From assembly GCF_963921235.1 (NCBI RefSeq), contig NC_086098.1:248001-312000 (forward strand): a stretch of DNA of 64,000 bases, read 5' to 3'. The stretch's first letter is position 1. Every line of letters starts with the position of its first letter. The notes under the pieces are model-generated. The model did no database searches, had not been told where the DNA came from, and worked only from the letters and a program-made list of their open reading frames with translations. This DNA is from Mobula hypostoma. Lineage: Eukaryota. A program made the translations under genes and the position numbers. Below, piece by piece: positions 36,394 through 48,555 of the stretch.

Positions 36394-38194
36394 ACATAGA
36401 AACATAGAAAATAGGTGCAGGAGTAGGCCATTCGGCCCTTCGAGCCTGCACCGCCATTTATTATGATCATGGCTGATCATCCAACTCAGAACCCAGCCTT
36501 CCCTCCATACCCCCTGACCCCTGTAGCCACAAGGGCCATATCTAACTTCCTTTTAAACATAGCTAATGAACTGGCCTCAACAGTTTGCTGTGGCAGAGAA
36601 TTCCACAGATTCACCACTCTCTGTGTGAAGAAGTTTTTCCTAACCTCGGTCCTAAAAGGCTTCCCCTCTATCCTCAAACTGTGACCCCTCGTTCTAGACC
36701 TCCCCAACATCGGGAACAATCTTCCCGCATCTAGCCTGTCCAATCCCTTTAGGATCTTATACGTTTCAATCAGATCCCCCCTCAATCTTCTAAATTCCAA
36801 CGAGTACAAGCCCAGTTCATCCAGTCTTTCTTCATATGAAAGACCTGCCATCCCAGGAATCAATCTGGTGAACCTTCTTTGTACTCCCTCTATGGCAAAG
36901 ATGTCTTTCCTCAGATTAGGGGACCAAAACTGCACACAATACTCCAGGTGTGGTCTCACCAAGGCCTTGTACAACTGCAGTAGTACCTCCCTGCTCCTGT
37001 ACTCGAATCCTCTCGCTATAAATGCCAGCATACCATTCGCCTTTTTCACCGCCTGCTGTACCTGCATGCCCACTTTCAATGACTGGTGTATAATGACACC
37101 CAGGTCTCGTTGCACCTCCCCTTTTCCTAATCGGCCACCATTCAGATAATCTGTTTTCCTATTTTTGCCACCAAAGTGGATAACTTCACATTTATCCACA
37201 TTAAATTGCATCTGCCATGAGTTTGCCCACTCACCCAACCTATCCAAGTCACCCTGCATCCTCTTAGCATCCTCCTCACTGCTAACACTGCCACCCAGCT
37301 TTGTGTCATCCGCAAACTTGGAGATGCTGCATTTAATTCCCTCATCCAAGTCATTAATATATATTGTAAACAACTGGGGTCCCAGCACTGAGCCTTGCGG
37401 TACCCCACTAGTCACCGCCTGCCATTCTGAAAAGGTCCTGTTTATTCCCACTCTTTGCTTCCTGTCTGCCAACCAATTCTCCACCCACACCAATACCTTA
37501 CCCCCAATACCGTGTGCTTTAAGTTTGCACACTAATCTCCTGTGTAGGACCTTGTCAAAAGCCTTTTGAAAATCCAAATATACCACATCCACTGGTTCTC
37601 CCCTATCCACTCTACTAGTTACATCCTCAAAAAATTCTATGAGATTCGTCAGACATGATTTTCCTTTCACAAATCCATGCTGATTTTGTCCGATCATTTC
37701 ACCGCTTTCCAAATGTGCTGTTATCACATCCTTGATAACTGACTCCAGCAGTTTCCCCACCACCGACGTTAGGCTAACCGGCCTATAATTCCCCGGTTTC
37801 TCTCTCCCTCCTTTTTTAAAAAGTGGGGTTACATTAGCCACCCTCCAATCCTCAGGAACTAGTCCAGAATCTAACGAGTTTTGAAAAATTATCAGTAATG
37901 CATCCACTATTTCTTGGGCCACTTCCTTAAGCACTCTGGGATGCAGACCATCTGGCCCTGGGGATTTATCTGCCTTCAATCCCTTCAATTTACCTAACAC
38001 CACTTCCCTACTAACATGTATTTCGCTCAGTTCCTCCATCTCACTGGACCCTCTGTCCCTTACTATTTCTGGAAGATTATTTATGTCCTCCTTAGTGAAG
38101 ACAGAACCAAAGTAATTATTCAATTGGTCTGCCATGTCCTTGCTCCCCATAATCAATTCACCTGTTTCTGTTTGCAGGGGACCTACATTTGTCT
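36394..38194 (-). mobile_element. CR1 lineage B copy B4, 5'-truncated and young
   Basis: Tail at 36394, uninterrupted ORF, short TAAA duplication at the junctions. Confidence 0.93.
36486..38156 (-). CDS. Open CR1 RT plus C-terminal domain (556 aa, partial ORF2 of B4)
   Basis: Longest ORF in the window, with PQGSVLGP and FADD intact. APE is missing because the copy is 5'-truncated. Confidence 0.82.
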   Translation of the reverse strand: MIMGSKDMADQLNNYFGSVFTKEDINNLPEIVRDRGSSEMEELSEIHVSREVVLGKLKGLKADKSPGPDGLHPRVLKEVAQEIVDALLIIFQNSLDSGLVPEDWRVANVTPLFKKGGREKPGNYRPVSLTSVVGKLLESVIKDVITAHLESGEMIGQNQHGFVKGKSCLTNLIEFFEDVTSRVDRGEPVDVVYLDFQKAFDKVLHRRLVCKLKAHGIGGKVLVWVENWLADRKQRVGINRTFSEWQAVTSGVPQGSVLGPQLFTIYINDLDEGIKCSISKFADDTKLGGSVSSEEDAKRMQGDLDRLGEWANSWQMQFNVDKCEVIHFGGKNRKTDYLNGGRLGKGEVQRDLGVIIHQSLKVGMQVQQAVKKANGMLAFIARGFEYRSREVLLQLYKALVRPHLEYCVQFWSPNLRKDIFAIEGVQRRFTRLIPGMAGLSYEERLDELGLYSLEFRRLRGDLIETYKILKGLDRLDAGRLFPMLGRSRTRGHSLRIEGKPFRTEVRKNFFTQRVVNLWNSLPQQTVEASSLAMFKRKLDMALVATGVRGYGGKAGF

Positions 38195-41100
38195 AAAGAC
38201 AGATAAATCCCCAGGGCCAGATGGTCTGCATCCCAGAGTGCTTAAGGAAGTAGCCCAAGAAATAGTGGATGCATTAGTGATAATTTCTCAAAACTCTTTA
38301 GGTTCTGGACCAGTTCCTGAGGATTAGAGAGTGGCTAATGTAACGCCGCTTTTTAAAAAAGGAGGGAGAGAGAAACCGGGGAATTATAGACCGGTTAGCC
38401 TAACATCGGTGGTGGGGAAAATGCTAGAGTCAGTTATCAAAGATGTGATAACAGCACATTTGGAAAGTGGTGAAATCATCGGACAAACTCAGCATGGATT
38501 TGTGAAAGGAAAATCATGTCTGATGAATCTCATAGAATTTTTTGAGGATTTAACTACTGGAGTGGATAGGGGAGAACCAGTGGATGTGGTATATTTGGAT
38601 TTTCAAAAGACATTGACAAGGTCCCACACAGGAGATTAGTGTGCAAACTTAAAGCACACGGTATTGGGGGTAAGGTATTGATGTGGATAGAGAATTGGTT
38701 GGCAGACAGGAAGCAAAGAATGGGAATAAACAGGACCTTTTCAGAATGGCAGGCAGTGACTAGTGGGGTACTGCAAGGCTCAGTGCTGGGACCCCAGTTG
38801 TTTACAATATATATTAATGACTTGGATGAGGGAATTAATGCAGCATCTCCAAGTTTGCAGATGATACGAAGCTGAGCGGCAGTGTTAGCTGTGAGGAGGA
38901 TGCTAAGAGGATGCAGGGTGACTTGGATAGGTTAGGTGAGTGGACAAATTCATGGCAGATGCAATTTAATGTGGATAAATGTGAGATTATCCACTTTGGT
39001 GGCAAAAACAGGAAAACAGATTATTATCTGAATGGTGGCCGATTAGAAAAAGGGGAGGTGCACCGAGACCTGGGTGTCATTATACACCAGTCATTGAAAG
39101 TGGGCATGCAGGTACAGCAGGCGGTGAAAAAGGCGAATGGTATGCTGGCACTTATAGCAAGAGGATTCGAGTACAGGAGCAGGGAGGTACTACTGCAGTT
39201 GTACAAGGCCTTGGTGAGACCATACCTGGAGTATTGTATGCAGTTTTGCTTCCCTAATCTGAGGAAAGACATTCTTGCCAGAGAGGGAGTACAAAGAAGG
39301 TTCACCAGATTGATTCCTGGGATGGCAGGACTTTCATATGATGAAAGACTGGATCGACTAGGCTTATACTCGTTGGAATTTAGAAGATTGAGGGGGGATC
39401 TTATTGAAACATATAAAATTCTAAAGGGATTGGAAAGGCTAGATGCAGGAAGAAAAATCTTCCCGATGTTGGAGAAGTCCAGAATGAGGGGTCACAGTTT
39501 GAGGATAAAGGGGAGCCTTTTAGGACCAAGATTAGGAAAAACTTCTTCACACAGAGAGTGGTGAATCTGTGGAATTCTCTGCCACAGGAAACAGTTGAGG
39601 CCAGTTCATTGGCTATATTTAAGAGGGAGTTAGATATGGCCCTTGTGGCTAAGGGGATCAGGGGGTATGGAGGGAAGGCTGGTACAGGGTTCTGAGTTGG
39701 ATGATCAGCCATGATCATACTGAGTGGTGATGCAGGCTCGAAGGGCCGAATAACCTACTCCTGCACCTATTTTCTATGTTTCTATGTAAACCTTCTCTGC
39801 ACTCTTTCAAACTTATTAATATCCTTCCTGTAATTTGGTGACCAAAACTGAACACAATACTCCAGATTCGGCCTCACCAATGCCTTATTCAACCTCATCA
39901 TAAAATTCCAGCTCTTATACTCAATACTTTGATTAATAAAAGCCAATGTACGAAAAGCTCTCTGCACGACCCTATCTACCTGTGACGCCACTTTTGGGGA
40001 ATTTTGTATCTGTATTCCCAGCTCCCTGTGTTCTACTGAACTCCTCAGTGCCTTACCATTAACCCTGTATGTTCTACCTTGGTTTGTTCTTCCAAAGTGC
40101 AATACCTCACACTTGTCTGTATTAAACTCCATCTGCCATTTTCCCAGCTGATCCAAATCCCTCTGCAAGCTTTGAAAACCTTCCCCACTGTCCACTACAA
40201 CTCCAATCTTTGTATCATCAGCAAATTTGCTGATCTAATTTACCACATTATCATCCAGATCATTGATATAGATGACAAATAACAATGGACCCAGCACTGA
40301 TCCCTGTGGCACACCACTAGTTACAGACCTCCAATCTGAGAAGCAATCCTCTACTACCACTCTTTGGCTTCTTCCATTGAGCCAATGTCTAATCCAGTAT
40401 ACCACCTCTCCATGTATACCTAGTGACTGAATTTTCCTAACTAACCTCCCATGCGGGACCTTGTCAAAGGCCTTACTGAAGTCCATGTAGACAACATCTA
40501 TTGCCTTCCCTTCATCCATTTTCCTGGTAACCACCTCGAAAAACTGCAATAGATTGCTCAAACATGACCTATCACACAAAGCCATGTTGACTCTTCCTAA
40601 TAAGTCCTTGACTATCCAAATGCTTGTAGATTCTGTCTCTTAATACTCCCTGCAATAGCTTACCCACTACCGACGTCAAACTTACCGGCCTATCATTTCC
40701 CGGATTACTTTTCGATCCTTTTTTAAACAACGGAACAACATAAGCCATTCTCCAATCCTCCAGCACCTCACCTGTAGACACCGCCATCTTAAATATATCT
40801 GCCAGGGCCTCTGCAATTTCAACACTAGTCTCCTTCAAGGTCCGAGGGAATACCCTGTCAGGTCCTGGGGATTTATCCACTTTAATTTGCTTCAAGATAG
40901 CAAGCACTTCCTCCTTTTCAATCTGTACAGTTTCCATGATCTCACTACTTGTTTCCCTCAATTCCATAGACTTCATGCCAGTTTTCTTAGTAAATACAGA
41001 TGCAAAAAACCCATTTAAGATCTCCCCCGTTTCTTTTGGTTCCGCACATAGCCGACCACTCTGATCTTCAAGAGGACCAATCTTATCCCTTACAATCCTT

Positions 41101-43436
41101 TTATTCTTAATATACCTGTAAAAACTCTTTGGATTATCCTTAACTTTGACTGCCAAGGCAACCTCATGTCTTCTTTTAGCCCTCCTGATTTTCTTTCTAA
41201 GTATTTTCTTGCACTTTTTATACTCCTCAAGCCCTTATTTGTTCCCTGTTTCTTATACATGTCATGCAACTCTCTCTTCTTCTTTATCAGAGTTGCAATA
41301 TCCCTTGAGAACCAAGGTTCCTTATTCCTATTCACTTTGCCTTTAATCCTGACAGGAACATACAAGCTCTGCACTCTGAAAATTTCTCCTTCGAAGGCTT
41401 CCCACTTACCGATCACATCCTTGCCAGAGAACAACCTGTCCCAATCCACGCTTTTTAGATCCTTTCTCATTTCTTCAAATTTGGCCTTCTTCCAGTTCAA
41501 AACCTCAACCCTAGGACCAGAACTATCCTTGCCCATGATCAAGTTGAAACTAATGGTGTTATGATCACTGGAACCAAAGTGCTCCGCTACACACACTTCC
41601 GTCACTTGTCCTAACTCGTTTCCTAATAGGAGATCTAATATCGCATCCCCTGTAGTTGGTACCTCTATATATTGATTTAGAAAACTTTCCTGAACACATT
41701 TTGCAAACTCTAACCCATTTAGACCCCTAACAGTATGGGAGTCCCAATCAATATGTGGAAAATTAAAATCCTCTCCCACCACAACTTTATGTTTCCTGCA
41801 GTTGCCTGCTATCTCTCTGCAGATTTGCTCCTCCAATTCTCGCTGACTATTGGGTGGTCTATAATACAACCCCACTAATGTGACCATATCTTTCCTGTTT
41901 CTCAGCTCCACCCATAAGGACTCAGTAGACATGCCCTCTAATCTGTCCTGCCTGAGCACTGCTGTAACATTTTCCCTGACAAGCAATGCTACCCCCCCAC
42001 CTTTCATTCCTCTGCCTCTATCACATCTGAACCATCGGAACCCTGGAATCTTAAGCTGCCAGTCCTGCCCCTCCTGTAGCCAAGTTTCACTAATTGCTAT
42101 AACGTCATAATTCCACGTGTCAATCCACGCCCTCAACTCGTCCGCCTTCACCGCAATACTCCTAGCATTGAAATATATGCACTTCAGAAGATTTTTACCA
42201 CCACTCAGAACTTTTCTATTTGCGGCTTTGCTTGAACTTTTAACATCATTTATTTTCACCCCAGCCCCACTGTCAGCTCTGGCACTCTGGTTCCCATCCC
42301 CCTGCAAATCCAGTTTATAGCGTCTTCAATAGCACTAAGAAACCTCCCTGAAAGGATATTGGTCCCCTTGTAGTTCAAGTGTAACCCGTCTCTCTTGTAC
42401 AGGTCCCACCTGCCCCAGAAGAGGTCCCAATGATCCTGAAATCTGGAACCCTGCCCCCTGCACCAGTTCCTCAGCCACTTGTTCATCCTCCAGAGCATCC
42501 TATTCTTACCCTCACTGGCACGTAGCACAGGTAGCAATCCTGAGATTACCACCCTCGAGGTCCTGCTTTTCAACTTCCTCCCAAGCTCTCTATACTCACT
42601 CTCCAGGACCTCCTCACTCTTCCTTGCTATGTCATTGGTACCGATGTGCACCACGACATCTGGCTGATCACCCTCCCACTTCAGAATGTCATGCAAGCGA
42701 TCAGAGACATCCTTGACCCTGGCACTCGGGAGGCAACAAACCATCCTGGATTCTCTGTCACGACCACAGAACCTCCTATCTGTACCTCTAATTATCAAGT
42801 CCCTTATCACTACCGCTCTCCTCTTTTTCCACCCTCCCTTCTGCACTGCAGAACCAGATTCAGTGCCAGAGATCCGGCTACTGCAATTTGCCCCAGGTCA
42901 GTCATCCCCCCCAACAGTATCCAATGCGGTATACTTGTTGTTGAGGGGAATGGCCACAGGGGGGCCTTGCTCTGCCTGCCCTTTCCTCTTCCCTTGCCTG
43001 ACAGTGACCCAGTTTGCTGTGCTCTGCTCTTTTGGCGTAACTACAGCCCTGTAACTACTATCTATAATCTCCTCATTCTCCCGAATGATCCGCAGGTCAT
43101 CCAGCTCCTGCTCCAGTTCCCTAACACGGTTTGTTAGGAGCTGCAGCTGGATGCACTTCTTGCAGGTGTCGTTGTCAGGGATACCGGAGGGCTCCCTGAC
43201 TTCCCACATCCTGCAAGAGGAGCATTCCAACATCCTGCCTGGCATTCTCCAGCAAACTGGACAAAAAAACTTACTGGAACCTACCTTGTGCTCGCTGAAG
43301 CCTGTTGAGCCAAAGCCGTCCCACTCTGCTTCCTCTCACTCCGCTGCCCGCTGTATATTCTGGTCTGTTTTTAAACCTTGGCACGCTATGTCACGCGCCT
43401 GAATAGACTTTTTCTACCCGATTTTTTCACTCCCAA

Positions 43437-43510
43437 AAGTTGTACGAACTTTTGTTTCTCCCAGTGACTTTACCTGCTCATCCTAAGATGAATGTCTTGG
43501 ACTAAAAACC
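43437..43510 (-). pseudogene. Copia pol fragment (linker upstream of RT)
   Basis: ILG*AGKVTGRNKSSYN joins in frame to LKYLEP at 30927 across the AAGTT duplication. Confidence 0.65.
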
Positions 43511-44935
43511 TCACAGTTTGTCCAGCAATTTTCTTTTAACACAATAGGATTTTATCTTGTTTATTAGCCTCATATGTGGCACCTGATCAAATGTCTTTTG
43601 AAAATCCAAGTAAATGACATCCACTGGGTCTCTTTTGTCTACCCTGCTTGTTACTTCCTCAATGAACTCTACAGATTTCTCAGCCAAGATTTCCCTTCAC
43701 AGAAACCATGCTGACTTTGATTTATTTTATCATTCATCTCCAAGTAGTCCTAAATTTCATCTTTAATAATAGACTTTTCCAAGCACTGAGGTTAGGCTCA
43801 TTGGCCTATCATTTCCTTTCTTTTGCCTTCCTCCCTTCTTAAAGAGTGGAAAGATGGTCCTCTGGGATCATGCCAGAATCAACTGATTCTTGAAAGATCA
43901 TGACCAATGCATTGCATCTGTTATCTCTTCAGCAACCACTCTCAGGACTCAGAGATGTAATCCATCTAGTCCTGGTAACTCATCCACCTTAAGACCTTTG
44001 ATTCTGGCTAGCACTTATACCTTTGTAATGGCAATGGTACTCTCTCCTGCTCCCTGACACTCATGGACCTCTGGCACACTACTACTGTCTTCCACAGTGA
44101 AGACTGATGCGAAGTGCCCATTAAGTTCATCTACCATTTTTTTGTCTCCCATTACTACCTCACCAGCATCATTTTTCAGTGGTCCAATATCAGCTCCCAC
44201 CTCCCTTTTACTCTCTATATAACTGAAAACACTTTTAGCATCTTGCTTCATATGATTGGCTAATTTGCCCTGTTAGTTCATCTTTTCTCTTCTTATAGTT
44301 TTTTCAGTTTCCTTGTGTCGAATTTTAAAAGCTTCCCAATCACCCAGCTTCCCATTCACTTTTTCTACCTTATGTGTCCTTTCCTTGGCTTTTATGCAGT
44401 CCTTAACTTCCCTTGTCAGCCATGGTTGCCTAGCGCTGCCATTTGAGAACAACTTCTTCTGTGGGACATGATTATCCTGTGCTTTGTGAACTATTGCCAG
44501 AAACTTCAGCCGTCTCTGCTCTGCTATTATCCCTGCCAGTATCCTCCTCCAATCTACTTCAGCGAGGTTCTCTCTCATGACTCTGTAATTCCCTTTATTC
44601 AATTATGATACAGATGGGTGTGACTTGTGCTTCTCCCTCTCAAAATGCAGTATGAATTCAATCACGTTATGATCACTGCCTCATACATTAAGCTCCCTAA
44701 TAAGATCTGGCTTATTACACAACCCCCAATCTAAGATGGCCTTTCCCCGAGTAGGCTCAAGTACAAGTTGCTCTAGAAAGCCATTTCGTAGGCATTCAAC
44801 AAATTCCCTCTCTGCAATCCAACACCAACCTAATTTTCCCAATCAACTTGCATATTAAAGCCCCCCATTACAATTGTGTCATTATCCTTATTACATGCCT
44901 TTTCCAACTCCCTTTGCAATCACAAACCCACACCT
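43511..44935 (-). mobile_element. Old CR1 ORF2 fragment (lineage I)
   Basis: PWLTREVKD, FASVFTVED, QHGF, DFQK.FD.VPH; heavily degraded. Confidence 0.8.
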
Positions 44936-46019
44936 TAAACATAGAAACCTACAGCACATTGCAGGTCTTTCAGCCCACAATGTTGAGCTGAACATGTAAT
45001 CTACTCTAGAAACTGTATAGAATTTCCCTACCGCATAGCCCTCTATTTTTCTAAACTCCATATACCTATCTATGAGTCTCTTAAAAGACCCTATTGTATC
45101 TGCCGCGACCACCTTCGCTGGCAGTGCATTCCACATACCCACCATTCTCTGTGTGAAAAACTTACCTCGACCATCCCCCTTGTACTTACTTCCAAGCACC
45201 TTAAACTATATCCCTTCATGTTAGCTATTTCAGCCCTGGGAAAAAGCCTCTGGCTACCCACACGATCAATACTTCTCAGGGCGGGTACTCAGGATGTGTA
45301 TGACACAACCGGCTGGTGTTTACAGACATTTTTAATCTCTTCCTCTCCCAGTGTAGAGTGCCCTCCTGCTTCAGAATATCCACCATTGTCCCTGTACCTA
45401 AAAAGACAAAGGTAACATGTCTGAATGACTGGAGTCCTATTGCACTCACCTTTGAGAGGCTGGTCAAGGACTACATCTGCAGCACGCTATCACCCACACT
45501 GGATCCCCTACAATTCACCTACTGACGCAACCGATCAACAGATGACGCAATAGCTACAACTTTACACACCTGGACAAGAGGGATCCTTATGTGAGAATGC
45601 TGTTCTTGGACTACATTTCAGCATTCAACACCATAGTTCCCACTAGGCTTGACAAGAAGCAGAGATCTCGGCCTTCACCTTGCTTTGTGCAGCTGGATCC
45701 TGGACTTGCTGCCAGGTGGTAAGAGTGGGCTCCCTCACCCCTGCTCCTCTGACTCTCAACACAAGAGCCCTTCAAGGCTGTGTACTAAGCCCCCTGCTTT
45801 GCTCTCTGTATACCCATGACTGTGCCACCACCAACAACTCCAAATTGCAAATTAAATTTGTTGATGACACTACATTGATTGGCCTTATCTCAAATAATAA
45901 TGAGGCAGACTACAGAAAAGAAGTCATCACCCTGGCGCATGGGCGTCAAGAAAACAACCTCTCCCTCAATGTCGCAAAAACAAAGGAGCTGGTTGTGGAA
46001 CAGAAACAGGCTCACCCCT

Positions 46020-46343
46020 GGAATAGATAGAGTGGATAGCCAGCGCCGCTTCCCCAGGGCACCGCTGCTCAATACAAGAGGACATGGCTTTAAGGTAAGG
46101 GGTGGGAAGTTCAAGGGGGATATTAGAGGAAGGTTTTTTACTCAGAGAGTGGTTGGTGCGTGGAATGCACTGCCTGAATCAGTGGTGGAGGCAGATACAC
46201 TAGTGAAGTTTAAGAGACTACTAGACAGGTATACGGAGGAATTTAAGGTGTGGGCTTATATGGGAGGCAGGGTTTGAGGGTCGGCACAACAGTGTAGGCC
46301 GAAGGGCCTGTACTGTGCTGTACTTTTCTATGTCCTGTGTTCT
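46020..46343 (+). mobile_element. CR1 lineage A 3' fragment inside Rex1
   Basis: Matches the A 3' end and tail. Confidence 0.9.
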
Positions 46344-46350
46344 ATTGACT

Positions 46351-48555
46351 TAGAACCATACAACCATAGAACCATAGAAACTACAGCACAGAATCAGGCC
46401 TTTTGGCCCTTCTTGTCTGTGCCGAACCATTTTCTGCCTAGTCCCACTGACCTGCACACGGACCATATCCCTCCATACACCTCCCATCCATGTATCTGTC
46501 CAATTTATTCTTAAATGTTAAAAAAGAACCCGCATTTACCACCTCGTCTGGCAGCTCATTCCATACTGCCACCATTCTCTGTGTGAAGAAGGCCCCCTAA
46601 TGTTCCCTTTAAACTTTTCCCCTCTCACCCTTAACCCATGTCCTCTGGTTTTTTTCTCCCCTTGCCTCAGTGAAAAGTGACACCACTTTTAGGGAATTTT
46701 GTATCTGTATTCCCAGATCCCTCTGTTCTACTGTACTCCTCAGTGCCTTACCATTTACCCTGTATGTTCTACCTTGGTTTGTCCTTCCAACGTGCAATAC
46801 CTCACACTTGTCTGTATTAATCTCCATCTGCCATTTTTCAGCCCATTTTTCCAGCTGGTCCAAGTCCCTCTGCAGGCTCTGAAAACCTTCCTCACTGTCT
46901 ACTACACCTCCAATCTTTGTATCATCAGCAAATTTGCTGATCCAATTTACCACATTATCATCCAGATCATTGATATAGATGACAAATAACAATGGACCCA
47001 GCACTGATCCCTGTGGCACACCACTAGTCACAGGCCTCCACTCGGAGAAGCAATTCTCTACTACCACTCTTTGGCTTCTTCCATTGAGCCAATGTCTAAT
47101 CCAATTTTCCACCTCCCCATGTATACCTAGCGACTGAATTTTCCTAACTAACCTCCCATGCGGGACCTTGTCAAAGGCCTTACTGAAGTCCATGTATACA
47201 ATATCCACTGCCTTCCCTTCATCCACTTTCCTGTTAACCTCCTTGAAAAACTCCAATAGATTGGTCAAGCATGACCTACCACGCACAAAGCCATGTTGAC
47301 TCTCCCTAATAAGTCCCTGTCTATCCAAATGCTTGTAGATGCTGTCTCTTAGTACTCCCTCCAATAACTTACCCACTACCGACGTTAAACTTACTGGCCT
47401 ATAATTTCCCGGATTACTTTTCGATCCTTTTTTAAACAATGGAACAACATGAGCCACTCTCCAATCCTCCGGCACCTCACCTGTAGACAGCGACATTTAA
47501 AATATTTCTGCCAGGGCCCCTGCAATTTCAACACCAGTCTCCTTCAAGGTCCGAGGGAGCACCCTGTCAGGTCCCGGGGATTTATCCACTTTAATTTTCC
47601 TCAGGACAGCAAGGACCTCCTCCTTTTCGATCTGTACAGTTTCCATGGTCTCACTACTTGTTTCCCTTAACTCCATAGACTTCATGCCAGTTTCCTTAGT
47701 AAACACAGACGCAAAAAACCTATTTAAGATCTCCCCCATTTCCTTTGGTTCCGCACATAGCCGACCACTCTGAACTTCAAGAGGACCAATTTTATCCCTT
47801 ACAATCCTTTTGCTCTTAATATACCTGTAAAAGCTCTTTGGATTATCCTTCACTTTGACTGCCAAGGCAACCTCATGTCTTCTTTTAGCCCTCCTGATTT
47901 CTTTCTTAAGTATTTTCTTGCACTTCTTATACTCTTCAAGCACGTTATTTACTCCCTGCTTTCTATACACGTCATACAACTCCCTCTTCTTCTTTATCAG
48001 AGTTGCAATATCCCTTCAGAACCAAGGCTCCTTATTCCTATTCACTTTGCCTTTAATCCTGACAGGAACATACAAATTCTGCACTCTCAAAATTTCTCCT
48101 TTGAAGGCTTCCCACCTACCAATCACATCCTTGCCAGAGAACAACCTGTCCCAATCCATGCTTTTTCAATCATAGAAACATAGAAAATAGGTGCAGGAGT
48201 AGGCCATTCGGCCCTTCGAGCCTGCATTCAGTATGATCATGGCTGATCATGCAACTCAGAACCCTGTACCAGCCTTCCCTCCATACCTCCTGATCCCTTT
48301 AGCCACAAGGGCCATATCTAACTCCCTCTTAAATATAGCCAATGAACTGGCCTCAACTGTTTCCTGTGGCAGAGAATTCCACAGATTCACCACTCTCTGT
48401 GTGAAGAAGTTTTTCCTAATCTTGGTCCTAAAAGGCTTCCCCTTTATCCTCAAACTGTGACCCCTCGTTCTGGATCCTTTCTTATTTCTTCAAATTTGGC
48501 CTTCTTCCAGTTAAGAACCTCAACCCTAGGACCAGATCTATCCTTGTCCATGATC
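46351..48555 (-). mobile_element. CR1 lineage C copy C3, with an internal deletion near 46675 and a nested minus-strand B 3' fragment at 48170-48472
   Basis: RT ORF 46609-47496, C tail at 46351. C sequence resumes at 48473. Confidence 0.88.

Larger units (their letters stand above)
31401..39786 (+). mobile_element. CR1 lineage B copy B2, 5'-truncated (pieces 31401-31748, 36244-36393, 38195-39786)
   Basis: DQLNNY|FGSVF and LKGLK|TDKSPG rejoin. Tail TTTCTATGTTTCTATG at ~39770-39786. Confidence 0.9.
30928..43436 (-). mobile_element. Full-length CR1 lineage C copy C2 (pieces 30928-31400 and 39787-43436), AAGTT target duplication
   Basis: AAGTT at 30923-30927 and 43437-43441. ORF1 runs 43245 to ~42310 (MPGRMLECSSC), APE ORF 41090-42307, RT pieces, tail at 30928. 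Confidence 0.92.

Noticed and set aside
36486..38156. Intact RT ORF as an active or domesticated gene
   Set aside because: The copy is 5'-truncated and lacks promoter, ORF1 and APE. Young age is enough to explain the open frame.
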